This document shows, piece after piece, positions 19,127 through 27,974 of a stretch of 64,000 nt of DNA. The stretch's first letter is position 1. Every line of letters starts with the position of its first letter. Source of the stretch: Acidimicrobiia bacterium (lineage in GTDB: Bacteria; Acidobacteriota; Vicinamibacteria; Vicinamibacterales; SCN-69-37); contig VFZF01000003.1 in NCBI GenBank assembly GCA_016871335.1, positions 63,205-127,204 on the forward strand. Direction: 5' to 3'. Under the pieces are notes generated by a model. It had not been told where the DNA came from. It did no database searches and saw only the letters and a program-made list of their open reading frames with translations. The position numbers and the translations under genes were made by a program.

Positions 19127-19245
19127 CCGGCAGGCGCGGCTGCTCCGGTACCGCGGGCCCATGGACGATCGCGAGTGGACCAGCTACCACCCTGACGGGA
19201 AACGGATCTTCGAGGCCCAACGCTTCGCGAGACGTCCGTGGGGTA

Positions 19246-19908
19246 TCAGGGATCGACCCTGATCGGGGACACGCAGTCATCGTCCGTGGCGCGGATCGGC
19301 AGCCACTGATGAAAGTCGGGGCCGGTGGCACCAACAAACATGATGGGCGTGACGGCCTCGGCGTCAAACAAGCCCTGTCCCCGCTGCGCCAGGCTGGCAC
19401 GGAAGGCGGCAATGGCCGGGGAATCCATGACGACGAAATAGGCCTGCCGGGTCCGGCCCGGTTCGCTGATGCGGCGGTGCGCCAGGCACCTGGGCACGTG
19501 TGACACGGATTCGAGTCCGGCCTCACGGGCGGCTGCGAGAAGGTCGTCGGCCGTCATGACGCCAGCCAGACCACGGTCGAACTCGGCGTGCAGCACGATA
19601 GGGATGGACGCCGCCACCGGCGTGTTCATCGACTCCATCTTGCGCTGAAACAGCTGGCGAAAGAGACCTGCGACCAGCTCCTGGCTCGTACGGAGCGAGA
19701 GCAATGGTGCGCCAGGACCGTCAGCCGCCTCGATCACCAGCGTCCAGGGACCAAGGCGCGCCGGCTCCACCGTGTACGGCTCTGACAGTGACGTCTCAAG
19801 AGAGTAGATAAAGAGATAGCCGAGGCCGACGAGCACGACGGCGGCAATGGCGAGCTTGACGAACACATTCGAACGCTTCCGGCTGGGCATTGGCTGATGG
19901 TACGCCAT
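19246..19908 (-). CDS. Single-pass membrane protein, unknown family
   Basis: The N-terminal anchor is [21 protein letters not shown]. The start lies 4 nt after the stop of the molybdopterin oxidoreductase gene. I see no recognisable motif. Confidence 0.6.
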   Translation of the reverse strand: MAYHQPMPSRKRSNVFVKLAIAAVVLVGLGYLFIYSLETSLSEPYTVEPARLGPWTLVIEAADGPGAPLLSLRTSQELVAGLFRQLFQRKMESMNTPVAASIPIVLHAEFDRGLAGVMTADDLLAAAREAGLESVSHVPRCLAHRRISEPGRTRQAYFVVMDSPAIAAFRASLAQRGQGLFDAEAVTPIMFVGATGPDFHQWLPIRATDDDCVSPIRVDP

Positions 19909-19912
19909 CGTG

Positions 19913-21940
19913 TCAGCGGGCCGGCTCGAGTGCGACGAATGTGCTGTACAGTCCGGAGCCCCCGCCCCAGTCGGTGGGCGCCTCGGCCGTGAGTACGTTG
20001 ACGGAATGCCGTGCGCCGGCCCCATCGACGAGTCCTCCGTAGGGCATGAATACGACGCCCGGCTGCACGCGATCACTCACCCGGCAGATTGCGTCGAGGG
20101 TGCCCTGCCCACTGCGGACGCGCACTAATTCGCCGTCGCTGACCCCATGCGCCCGCGCGTCGTCGGCATGCACGTCGATCGTGAGCGTGCCGGTGCGCCG
20201 CCGGTGACGATCGATGTGGGAATACCCGGAGTTGAGGAAATGCAGCGTCTTGCCGGTGATGAGTTGCAGGCCGGAGGCCGACGTGATGTCACCGGGTGCC
20301 GGCAGGGGATCGTGACCGGCGGCCGCCAACGCGTCGGAATACAGCTCCGCCTTGCCTGAGGGTGTCGGAAAGCCCCCCTCAGCGAACGGGCGCCAGTCAT
20401 CCGGGCGGTTGAGCCGCACGTGACCTTCGGCCCACAGCCGCTCGTACGTGATGCCGTCGAGCCACGGGTGCCCGCTGGCGAGGGCGGCGCGAAGCATCGA
20501 CTCGTCGCTCTCAAACAGCCACGGCTCCGTGCGCCCCAGCGCGGCCGCCAGCCGGCGGAACAACTCGGTGTTCGACACCGATTCCCCCTGCGGGGCAATG
20601 GCCGGCCGGTTCAGCGCGAGATGGAGATGGCCCCAGGCGGGGGAGAGGTCGAGATGTTCGATCTGACTGGTGGCCGGCAACACGTAATCGGCATACCGCG
20701 CCGTGTCGGTCACAAACAGGTCGTGCACCACAGTGAACAGGTCCGTGCGCGCCAGGCCACGGAGCACCTGTGATTGATTGGGCATCGATACGGCCGGGTT
20801 CGCGCCGTAGACAAGCAGCGCACGCACAGGCGGCGCCATGTCCGGATCACAGAGATCGCGACCAATGTCGCGCATGTTCAGTGTGCGCACACCGGGGGTG
20901 TCGTGCTGCGGCAGTTCAACGGCCGCCATGTCGAGGGCCGCGAAGTGGAGCGCGTGTGTCGATCGCGCCAGTCCTCCGCCGCGATGCCGCCACGCGCCCG
21001 ACAGGACGGGCAGGCACGCGATGGTGCGGAACTGCATGGCGCCGTTGCGATGGTGTTCGAGCCCGATCAACGGGCGCAGCAGCGACGGATGTGTGGTGGC
21101 GTAGGTGCGTGCGAAACGTTCGATGTCGTCGGCGGAAATGCCGGTGAGCGATGCGACGGCCGACGGGGGATATCGGCGCACCCGTTCCACAAGCGCGTCG
21201 TACCCGGTGGCATACCGCGTCACGTAATCGTGATCCACCAGGCCGTCGCGCACCATGATGTGCATCACACCCAGGGCGAACGCGGCGTCGGTCCCTGGCC
21301 GGATGGGCAGATGCCAGTCCGCTTCTTCCGCCGTCCGCGTCTTCACCGGATCGATGACGACCACAGTGGCGCCGCGGCGGCGCGCCTCACGCACATACGG
21401 CCAGAAGTGCAGATTCGTCACGATCGTGTTGGTGCCCCATAACACGATGAAGCGACTGTGCACGATGTCTTCCGGGTCGATTCCTGAGCCTACGCCGATG
21501 GTTGACTTCAGCCCTGCGGACGCGACGTGGCCGCAGATGGCGCGGTCGAGGCGCGATGCGCCGATCCGGCCGAAGAGCCGAAGGTCCAGCGACTGCATCT
21601 GGATGAGGCCCTGCACGCCGGCAGAGCTGTGCGGCAGGATCGCTTCGGCGCCAGACTCGGCGATGATCGCCTGCCAGCGCTGCGCGATGTCGGTCAGCGC
21701 TTCGTCCCAGCTCACGCGCTCGAAGCGCCCCCCGCCCTTGGCGCCCACCCGCCGCAGCGGGTGGAGGACCCGCTCGGGGTGGTACACACGTTCGAGGTAA
21801 TGATTGACCTTCGCGCAGAGTGTGCCGCGCGTGAACGGATGCTCCGGGTCACCCCCGAGCGAAACCGCGCGCCCATCCTGCACCTCCACCACCCACGCGC
21901 AGGTGTCGGGGCAGTCATGGCCACACGCGCCTCGAATCAT
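19913..21940 (-). CDS. Molybdopterin-dependent oxidoreductase (MopB superfamily, BisC/YdeP-like)
   Basis: The N-terminal Fe-S motif is CGHDCPDTC...C. The sequence is MopB-like throughout (VLWGTNTIVTNLHFWP..., PATSQIEHLDL...). The C-terminal beta-barrel domain reads ELVRVRSGQGTL... Confidence 0.9.
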   Translation of the reverse strand: MIRGACGHDCPDTCAWVVEVQDGRAVSLGGDPEHPFTRGTLCAKVNHYLERVYHPERVLHPLRRVGAKGGGRFERVSWDEALTDIAQRWQAIIAESGAEAILPHSSAGVQGLIQMQSLDLRLFGRIGASRLDRAICGHVASAGLKSTIGVGSGIDPEDIVHSRFIVLWGTNTIVTNLHFWPYVREARRRGATVVVIDPVKTRTAEEADWHLPIRPGTDAAFALGVMHIMVRDGLVDHDYVTRYATGYDALVERVRRYPPSAVASLTGISADDIERFARTYATTHPSLLRPLIGLEHHRNGAMQFRTIACLPVLSGAWRHRGGGLARSTHALHFAALDMAAVELPQHDTPGVRTLNMRDIGRDLCDPDMAPPVRALLVYGANPAVSMPNQSQVLRGLARTDLFTVVHDLFVTDTARYADYVLPATSQIEHLDLSPAWGHLHLALNRPAIAPQGESVSNTELFRRLAAALGRTEPWLFESDESMLRAALASGHPWLDGITYERLWAEGHVRLNRPDDWRPFAEGGFPTPSGKAELYSDALAAAGHDPLPAPGDITSASGLQLITGKTLHFLNSGYSHIDRHRRRTGTLTIDVHADDARAHGVSDGELVRVRSGQGTLDAICRVSDRVQPGVVFMPYGGLVDGAGARHSVNVLTAEAPTDWGGGSGLYSTFVALEPAR

Positions 21941-23163
21941 TCCGCCAGCGCCTTGAGCGTGTCGAGCGCGTCAGCGATATCAGCCTCGGTGTGCGCGGCG
22001 TTGATCTGGAATCGGATCGTCTCGTCGCCTTTGGGCACCACCGGGAAGGTGAGGCCGACCGCCAGGATGCCGCGCTCAAAGAGCCCCTGCACCATCGCAC
22101 GCACGTTGTCGGTGCTGCGGACGAGAAGGGGGACCACCGGATGTGGTCCCGGAATCGATTCCAGGCCGAGCGAGGTGAGTCCGGCGCGGAACTGCCGCGT
22201 CCGAGCGGCGAGGTGGGCGAGTCGGGCGCGCCCCTCGTCGCTGTCGGCGATGTTGATAGCCGCCACGGCTGCCGCCGCATCGGCGGCACCGAGTGGGTTG
22301 GTGTAGATGTAGGTGTCGGCCTTCTGACGAACCGCTTCGATCAGCGTGGGACTTCCCGCGACAAACCCGCCGTTGACACCAAACGCCTTGCCGAAGGTGC
22401 CGATGAAGATGTCGACACGAGCGCCCGCATGTTCCTCGGTGCCGCGCCCGGTCACGCCATAGGCGCCGATGCCGTGGGAATCATCCATCATCGTGATGAC
22501 GCCGTCGCGGAACCGGTGATCGTGCGCCGCGGTGATGCGCAGCAGGTCCTGCAACGGTGCCGCATCGCCGCGCATGCTGAAGATGCCGTCGAAGATCACG
22601 ATCACACGTCCCACCCCCTCGGGCACCGCCTCGAGGCAGCGGGCCAGATCGGCCGGGTCGTTGTGGGCGAACACGGCGCGCCGCTCGGACGGGATGTTCG
22701 CGATGCGCATCGCACGGATGATGCAGTTGTGGTTGAGCGCGTCCCCAATCCAGCAGGTGTCGGGGCCGGACAAGGCAATCGCGGTGCCCAGCACTGTTGT
22801 GTAGGCCGAGTTGAATGCTTTGGCAGCGGGACGGTCCACAAACGCCGCAATGCGTGCTTCCAGCGCCGTATGGGGAATCGCCGTGCCGTCGATGAAGCGG
22901 ACGGCGCCAGGGCCCGCGCCGAAGATCCGCGCCGCCTCGTCGGCAGCATGGAGCAGTGCCGGATGATGCGACAGTGACAGATAACTGTTTGAGTTCATCC
23001 GGAGAAACGCGCCCGGACGTCCCTCAAGCGTGTACCGCGGCCCCTGGCTTCCACTGGCCGGGATGTATCCGTTGATGACACGTTCTGGGGCTTTGGCGCG
23101 TCCCTGGTTCGCAAGGTCGGCAATGTCGGCGGCGAGGGAGAGGTCAAGTCGGTCAAGGGCCAT
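21937..23163 (-). CDS. PLP-dependent alpha-oxoamine synthase (glycine C-acetyltransferase / 8-amino-7-oxononanoate synthase family)
   Basis: NSNSYLSLSHHP, DALNHNCIIRA, FDGIFSMRGD, MMDDSHGIG, the PLP-Lys context GTFGKAFG, and FPVVPKG. The stop overlaps the downstream start (ATGA). Confidence 0.88.
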   Translation of the reverse strand: MALDRLDLSLAADIADLANQGRAKAPERVINGYIPASGSQGPRYTLEGRPGAFLRMNSNSYLSLSHHPALLHAADEAARIFGAGPGAVRFIDGTAIPHTALEARIAAFVDRPAAKAFNSAYTTVLGTAIALSGPDTCWIGDALNHNCIIRAMRIANIPSERRAVFAHNDPADLARCLEAVPEGVGRVIVIFDGIFSMRGDAAPLQDLLRITAAHDHRFRDGVITMMDDSHGIGAYGVTGRGTEEHAGARVDIFIGTFGKAFGVNGGFVAGSPTLIEAVRQKADTYIYTNPLGAADAAAAVAAINIADSDEGRARLAHLAARTRQFRAGLTSLGLESIPGPHPVVPLLVRSTDNVRAMVQGLFERGILAVGLTFPVVPKGDETIRFQINAAHTEADIADALDTLKALAE

Positions 23164-23199
23164 GGCGTTGTCTAGAGTACTACCTCGCCGCTGTGCATC

Positions 23200-24246
23200 G
23201 TGCGCGCCATGATGAATAATCAAAGGGTGATGATGAGCCTGTGGCGAGCAATGGTGATGGTGCTGGCGACGGCCGGGGCGCTGTCGTGCGCCTCCGTGTC
23301 GTCCCTGGAACCGGGGAGTCGCGTCTCGCTCGACGCGTATGCGGAGTTTCGTCTGAATGACCTGCTGATCGTCGAGGGGCAGCGGGTGTCCGTCGATGCG
23401 GCCACCGTCTTCAGGGGGCGTCATGCCCGCAGCCTGGGCCAGATCGTGCTCGGGGATGAGGTCAGGGTCCGCGGGGTCCGAGCGGCGGACGGCAGCGTCC
23501 GTGCCCTCGATATCGAGGCAAAACCAAACGGGGACGCACTCTTCGAGGCCGAAGTGCTCTCGGTCACCAACGAGATGGAAGGGCTCTGGGTCAAGCGCGG
23601 GATGATGTTTGAACCCGGTCCGACCGACGAGGACATCGCGGTGATCGGTTCACTGCTGACCTCCGGGCCCCAGGTCGATCGCGTGGCGCGGATTACCCGT
23701 CGGTTGATGCCCGCCTATCTGCCGGCATCAGCCATCCGCGTCTATGTCGTGGACACGGACGAATGGAACGCCGCGGCGATGGGCAACGGTGCCGTCTGGG
23801 TCTATACCGGCCTGATGGAGGCCATGTCGGACGATGAACTCGCGGTGGTCATCGGACACGAGCTGGCGCACGTGACCCACGAGCACTCGCGCCGGTCAGC
23901 CAAGTCGGAGGTCTGGAGGCAGCTGTTGGGGTTGGGGGTGGCGGCCGCCGCCGAGACCATCGAGAACGACGTGTTGCGCACGGCGGTGCAGGTGACGGCG
24001 CTGGCCGGCACCGTGGCCAGCCTGAGCACATACAGTCGCGGCCATGAGGACCAGGCCGACCGTGTGGGCCTGCGGTATGTGCACGAGGCCGGGTTCGACG
24101 TGACGGCCGCGCCCAGAGTGTGGACCCGGTTCCAGGAGAAGTATGGCAACGACAACCGTATGCTCAACTTTTTCCTCGGCAGTCATTCCAGACCCGCGGA
24201 TCGGATCCGGAACATGGAGGCCGAACTGGCCCTCAATTACCGATAG
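23200..24246 (+). CDS. M48-family zinc metalloprotease, probable lipoprotein
   Basis: Lipobox-like ALSCAS, an N-terminal beta-rich domain, then HELAHVTHEH with a downstream HEDQADRVG. The start is ambiguous: GTG 23200 or the ATGs at 23209-23236. Confidence 0.8.
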   Translation: MRAMMNNQRVMMSLWRAMVMVLATAGALSCASVSSLEPGSRVSLDAYAEFRLNDLLIVEGQRVSVDAATVFRGRHARSLGQIVLGDEVRVRGVRAADGSVRALDIEAKPNGDALFEAEVLSVTNEMEGLWVKRGMMFEPGPTDEDIAVIGSLLTSGPQVDRVARITRRLMPAYLPASAIRVYVVDTDEWNAAAMGNGAVWVYTGLMEAMSDDELAVVIGHELAHVTHEHSRRSAKSEVWRQLLGLGVAAAAETIENDVLRTAVQVTALAGTVASLSTYSRGHEDQADRVGLRYVHEAGFDVTAAPRVWTRFQEKYGNDNRMLNFFLGSHSRPADRIRNMEAELALNYR

Positions 24247-24540
24247 GCATTCCCGGATGGATGAGCGGGGGCCCCGGCCCTGAACTGGCGCCGAAGTTCC
24301 GGACTTTGCCGGTGCGCACGAGATCGTGCAACGCGTCCAGCGTCTCGTCCACTTCGCTCACCCCCAGCGATGACATGTCCGCGGTGTCGAAGAAGTTGAT
24401 GCCGGCGTCCAGTGCCCGCACAAAAAATGGTCGCGCCGCGGTTTCATCGAGCGCCCAGGGCCGCCAGGCCGGCGATCCGTCACTCATGCACCCGATGCCG
24501 AGCCGCGCCACCCGCGCTGGCGCCGTGCAGGTGGCGGTCG
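24233..24540 (-). pseudogene. Aldo/keto reductase remnant (YajO-like) with internal deletion and 3' truncation
   Basis: RVARLGIGCMSDGSPAWRPWALDETAARPFFVRALDAGINFFDTAD...SE joins directly to VDETLDALHDLVRTGKVRNFGASS. About 70 aa between these motifs and about 180 C-terminal aa of a normal AKR are missing. Confidence 0.5.
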
Positions 24541-24758
24541 TTGGAGTAGATGCGCGTGACGCCTTCGGCGCTGGCCGTGACCAGGTGCAGCGCATCGAGC
24601 GACCGCAGGAACGTCGACGCGTTGAGTCGCGCGAACGCGGCCAGATGCCAGAGGCTGCGCCTCAGGTCGTGGGCGAACCGGCGCTGCGCACCCAGGCACC
24701 CGTGCGCCGATGGAGTTCGCGAATCGAGATTGTCTCGATGTGTGCCATGGTCATACAT
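24480..24758 (-). pseudogene. PIN-domain (VapC-like) remnant
   Basis: The C-terminal PIN motif LRSLDALHLVTASAEGVTRIYSNDRHL is clear. The N-terminal half, including the first catalytic Asp motif, is missing or degenerate. No antitoxin ORF lies upstream. Confidence 0.4.
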
Positions 24759-24903
24759 GAAGGGATCCCGATCAAAGCTGGTCCAGGGAGAGATCCCCGG
24801 ACTGCTGGTCGTTGCGGGATCCGGCCTGCCGGTAGGGAGGATTGTGCCCTGGTGTATGGTGATGGGCGCGGGAGGCGTCCCGCCCGGAAGGAGCGGTCGG
24901 ACC

Positions 24904-25362
24904 ATGGTCACTGTCACCGTCACCAATACGATCAACGCGCCTGTCGATACCGTCTTTGGCTTGTTCACAGACCTTGAACACTGCAGTGAGCGGGTCTCCG
25001 GCATCAAGAAGTGCGAGATCCTCACTGTGGGGCCGTTCGGCCTCAGGACGCGCTGGCTTGAAACACGGGAAGTGGTGGGCCTCGGGGCGACTGAGGAACT
25101 CGAGGTCACGGCGTTCGAGCACAACCGCGCCTACACGATTACCAGCACCGGCCATAACGTCCGTGTGGACACACAGTGCACCTTCCAACCCCGCGGCGAG
25201 GACACCGACCTGACCATTACGTTCAGCACCGAGGCGCAGTCGCTCCCGTCCCGGCTGCTGTCACCGCTGGGGTGGACGATGGCCGGGACGATTCGGAGGG
25301 CGATCGAACACGATGTGCTGGACGTCAAGCGCATGGCCGAACACCACGCTGCCGGTCACTGA
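24904..25362 (+). CDS. SRPBCC-superfamily (polyketide cyclase/dehydrase-like) small protein
   Basis: MVTVTVTNTINAPVDTVFGLFTDLEHCSERVSG is the typical SRPBCC N-terminus. Length is 152 aa. Confidence 0.75.
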   Translation: MVTVTVTNTINAPVDTVFGLFTDLEHCSERVSGIKKCEILTVGPFGLRTRWLETREVVGLGATEELEVTAFEHNRAYTITSTGHNVRVDTQCTFQPRGEDTDLTITFSTEAQSLPSRLLSPLGWTMAGTIRRAIEHDVLDVKRMAEHHAAGH

Positions 25363-25364
25363 CA

Positions 25365-26090
25365 ATGGCGATAAAACTGGCAGGTGCGGGAACGCTGCTT
25401 TTTGGTCTGGTCGCCGTCGCCGTGGGGCTCTGGCGGCACTTGGAAACCGGCGGTAACCCAGACGCGGTCTGGTTCGGCATCGTGATGGGCGCCGTGGCGC
25501 TGGCTGGGGGCGTGCTGATCCTGCGCGGCCGGAATCGGAACGGATTGGCACGGGCCGCCGTGTCGCTGTCCTGTTGTCTCGTCCTTTCCGGTTGTGCGAC
25601 GGGAAAAGCGGGCGCCACGCCGGCCCCCTTGCAGCTCGTCGACCGGCTCGACCTGCCGGCCTTCATGGGAGACTGGCACGTGCTCGGGCACCTCCCGACG
25701 CCGGACGAGGAGGGCTGTCATAACGCGCTTGAGCAATACACGCTGCGCGACGACGGCCAGGTCGCGATCACGTTTTCATGCAACAAACATGGATTCGACG
25801 GCACACGGATCGTCAGACGTTTTACGGCTACGGTGCAGAATCCGGGTCTCAACACGGAGTGGCGCGTGAGGATGAAGTTCCTGGGGTTCATCCCGATCAA
25901 GCTGCCGTTCCTCGTCATTGACCTTGCCGACGACGGCAGCTACACGGTGATTGGGTACCCGTCACGGAAGTACTTGTGGATCATGGCCAGGACGAAGACA
26001 CTCCCGGATGACGTGTGGGCGGGGATCTACACCTCGCTCCGCGCACAGGCCTACAACACCGACGCCATTGTCCGTGTCCCGACCCGCTAG
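25365..26090 (+). CDS. Bacterial lipocalin (Blc-like) lipoprotein with an extra N-terminal two-helix segment
   Basis: Lipobox LVLSGC, then the lipocalin core LPAFMGDWHVLGHLP...YTVIGYPSRKYLWIMARTKTL. ATG 25365 lies 2 nt after the SRPBCC stop. The alternative start is ATG 25485. Confidence 0.8.
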   Translation: MAIKLAGAGTLLFGLVAVAVGLWRHLETGGNPDAVWFGIVMGAVALAGGVLILRGRNRNGLARAAVSLSCCLVLSGCATGKAGATPAPLQLVDRLDLPAFMGDWHVLGHLPTPDEEGCHNALEQYTLRDDGQVAITFSCNKHGFDGTRIVRRFTATVQNPGLNTEWRVRMKFLGFIPIKLPFLVIDLADDGSYTVIGYPSRKYLWIMARTKTLPDDVWAGIYTSLRAQAYNTDAIVRVPTR

Positions 26091-26261
26091 AGCCGGTCGC
26101 ATCTGGACCAGCGCACAGATGAACCCGTTCGGTGAGCACGTGTGATTCCTGCTCGCCTGACCAAGCCGTTGCGCCAGGTGCTCTGTCGAGGGGTGTACGG
26201 CGATGTGCCCGGGAGTGGATAACTGCAGGCCCACCCCCCGTCCGAGGGGGCTGTGTGGCCG

Positions 26262-26882
26262 TCACGACACCTTGACCTCCATCTTCCGGGACGCCGCCGT
26301 GGGGCAGAGAAGACACACCACCTTGTCGGCGAGTGCCGCAAGGCGCCTGCAAGCGTTCGGTGCCCCGACCGGCACCGCAACCACGATCTGCGCAGGGCGT
26401 CGCTGTCGTACTGCCGCGATCGTCACCTCCATCGTCGCACCTGTCGCCACGCCATCGTCCACGAGGATCACGATCCGGTCCCGGATGGGGGCATGCGTCA
26501 CGTCGCGGCGATACATAAGGGCACGGCGATCCAATTCCTGGCGCTCCCGTGCGGCAATCTCGTCGAACACGGACGCGGTGATGCCGAGGGCCTGCATGGC
26601 GTCTGTGTGTCTGACCTGTGTGCTCCCTTCCCCAATGGCACCCAGCGCGAGCTCTTCGTGGCCCGGCGCACCCAGCTTGCGGACGACCAGCACATCCAAC
26701 GGGGCGCGCAGGGCGTCGGCAATGGGTCTGGCGACAGGCACACCGCCTCTGGGCAATGCGAGGACGGTGACATCTGAACGATCCGAAAATTCCCGCAGTG
26801 CTTCTGCCAGGTGCAGCCCGGCGTGATGACGATTGGCGAAGTGCAGAGGCAGGTTCACGGTGGCAGCATTCGTGCACTGCAA
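26262..26882 (-). CDS. Phosphoribosyltransferase-family protein, C-terminus apparently replaced
   Basis: VLALPRGGVPVARPIADALRAPLDVLVVRKLG and the PRPP loop VILVDDGVATGATM are present. After ADKVVCLLCP the usual conserved tail is absent and the ORF ends in unrelated residues. Confidence 0.75.
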   Translation of the reverse strand: MQCTNAATVNLPLHFANRHHAGLHLAEALREFSDRSDVTVLALPRGGVPVARPIADALRAPLDVLVVRKLGAPGHEELALGAIGEGSTQVRHTDAMQALGITASVFDEIAARERQELDRRALMYRRDVTHAPIRDRIVILVDDGVATGATMEVTIAAVRQRRPAQIVVAVPVGAPNACRRLAALADKVVCLLCPTAASRKMEVKVS

Positions 26883-26887
26883 GTGCA

Positions 26888-26912
26888 GTGCCGTGCCGTG
26901 CCGTGCCGTGCC
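26888..26912. repeat. Pentanucleotide microsatellite (GTGCC)x5
   Basis: Five perfect tandem GTGCC units, read directly. A 7-bp hairpin GCACTGC-AAGT-GCAGTGC (26874-26891) lies immediately upstream. Confidence 0.9.
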
Positions 26913-26917
26913 TTCTC

Positions 26918-27390
26918 ACATCTGGTCCATCATTCAGGCCGCAGGTGCCGGCCGCAGACTCTCCGGCGTGACCGGCGGCGTGCCGAAGCAGTTCTTTCGT
27001 CCATCCGCTGGCGAGTCTCTCCTCAGCATGACGCTCGCGAGAACTGCTCCACTCGCCCGCCCTGACCGCACCGTGGTCATCGTCGATGAGTCCCACCGGC
27101 CGCTGCTGGACCCGGGTGACGTTCCCAGGGGGACGACCGTGCTGTTTCAGCCGACAGGTCGAGGCACGGCCACCGGCGTACTGATGGCCTTGATGCCCGT
27201 GCTTGCCGCAGCGCCTGACGATGTCGTCGTGCTGACGCCCTCCGATCACGCGGTGGCGGACGGCGATGCGTTTCGGCGTGGGGTCAGAGCGGCGGTGCGA
27301 TTCGCGGAGGAGCAGGGGGCCATCACCTTGTTCGCGGTGGAGCCGTCGGAAGCCTCCCCCGACTTCGGCTGGATTATTCCGGGTCACCGG
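26918..27390 (+). pseudogene. Mannose-1-phosphate guanylyltransferase-like nucleotidyltransferase remnant (N-terminal ~160 aa, no start codon)
   Basis: IIQAAGAGRRLSGVTGGVPKQFFRPSAGESLLSMTL...VVLTPSDHAV...FAVEPSEASPDFGWIIPG. Homology stops near 27390 and the frame then reads nonsense. There is no ATG, GTG or TTG at the expected N-terminus. Confidence 0.55.
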
Positions 27391-27398
27391 AATGGGCC

Positions 27399-27929
27399 CA
27401 TGGCGCGTGTGGCCTGCAGCAACTGGGCGGCGACATCCTGGTGGTGCATCCAAGCGATCTGGAGCGGCATCGCCATGACGTGCGTGGGCGCGTGGCTGAT
27501 GCCGTCGCGAGCATCGCCGCGTTGCATCTGCGCTGTGCGCCTCTGAACGTGCGTCTGGCTGTGGAGTCTCCGCTGCCGCACTTGATCGGGGGGGCTCCGG
27601 CTGAATTCGCCGCGATTCTGGAGGGCCTTGACCCGGCGGTTGGCGTCTGTCTGGACACCGGACATACCTGGCTCGGTGGGAGCTGGCGTCGTTTCGTGGA
27701 GGTCGCCGGTGCCCGGCTCACGCATGTCCACATCCATGACAACCATGGCTACCTCGACGACCATTTGCCGCCCGGTGACGGGGTCCTCAACTGGAACGAG
27801 ATACGTCAGTCTCTCGATGACGCGGGCTTCGACGGGTGGGCGATGCTCGAACTGCGGTGCCCAGTCGGCGAGATAGGGACGTTCTTTCGTCGTGCGATTG
27901 CGCAGGCGCGTGAGCGCCTTCTCCGGTGA
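27399..27929 (+). pseudogene. Xylose-isomerase-like TIM-barrel (sugar phosphate isomerase/epimerase) remnant, C-terminal ~175 aa
   Basis: LGGDILVVHPS...LAVESP...VGVCLDTGHTWLGG...HVHIHDN...DGWAMLEL. The N-terminal ~90-100 aa are missing. It abuts the nucleotidyltransferase remnant in a different frame. Confidence 0.55.
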
Positions 27930-27974
27930 GCCCGCCTGCCCGCGCTTCACGCAGGACTGTGGAATGATTGAGGC

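Noticed and set aside
18840-19526. N-terminal 229 aa of the 359-aa ORF 18447..19526
   Set aside because: It is a Pro/Arg/Ser-rich low-complexity translation overlapping the SpeE-like fragment on the other strand. Only the last 130 aa, from MSHHH, look like a real cupredoxin protein.
25176-25364. Upstream extension of the lipocalin ORF
   Set aside because: It overlaps the 3' end of the SRPBCC gene in another frame and has Arg/Pro-rich nonsense composition. ATG 25365, right after the SRPBCC stop, is a much better start.
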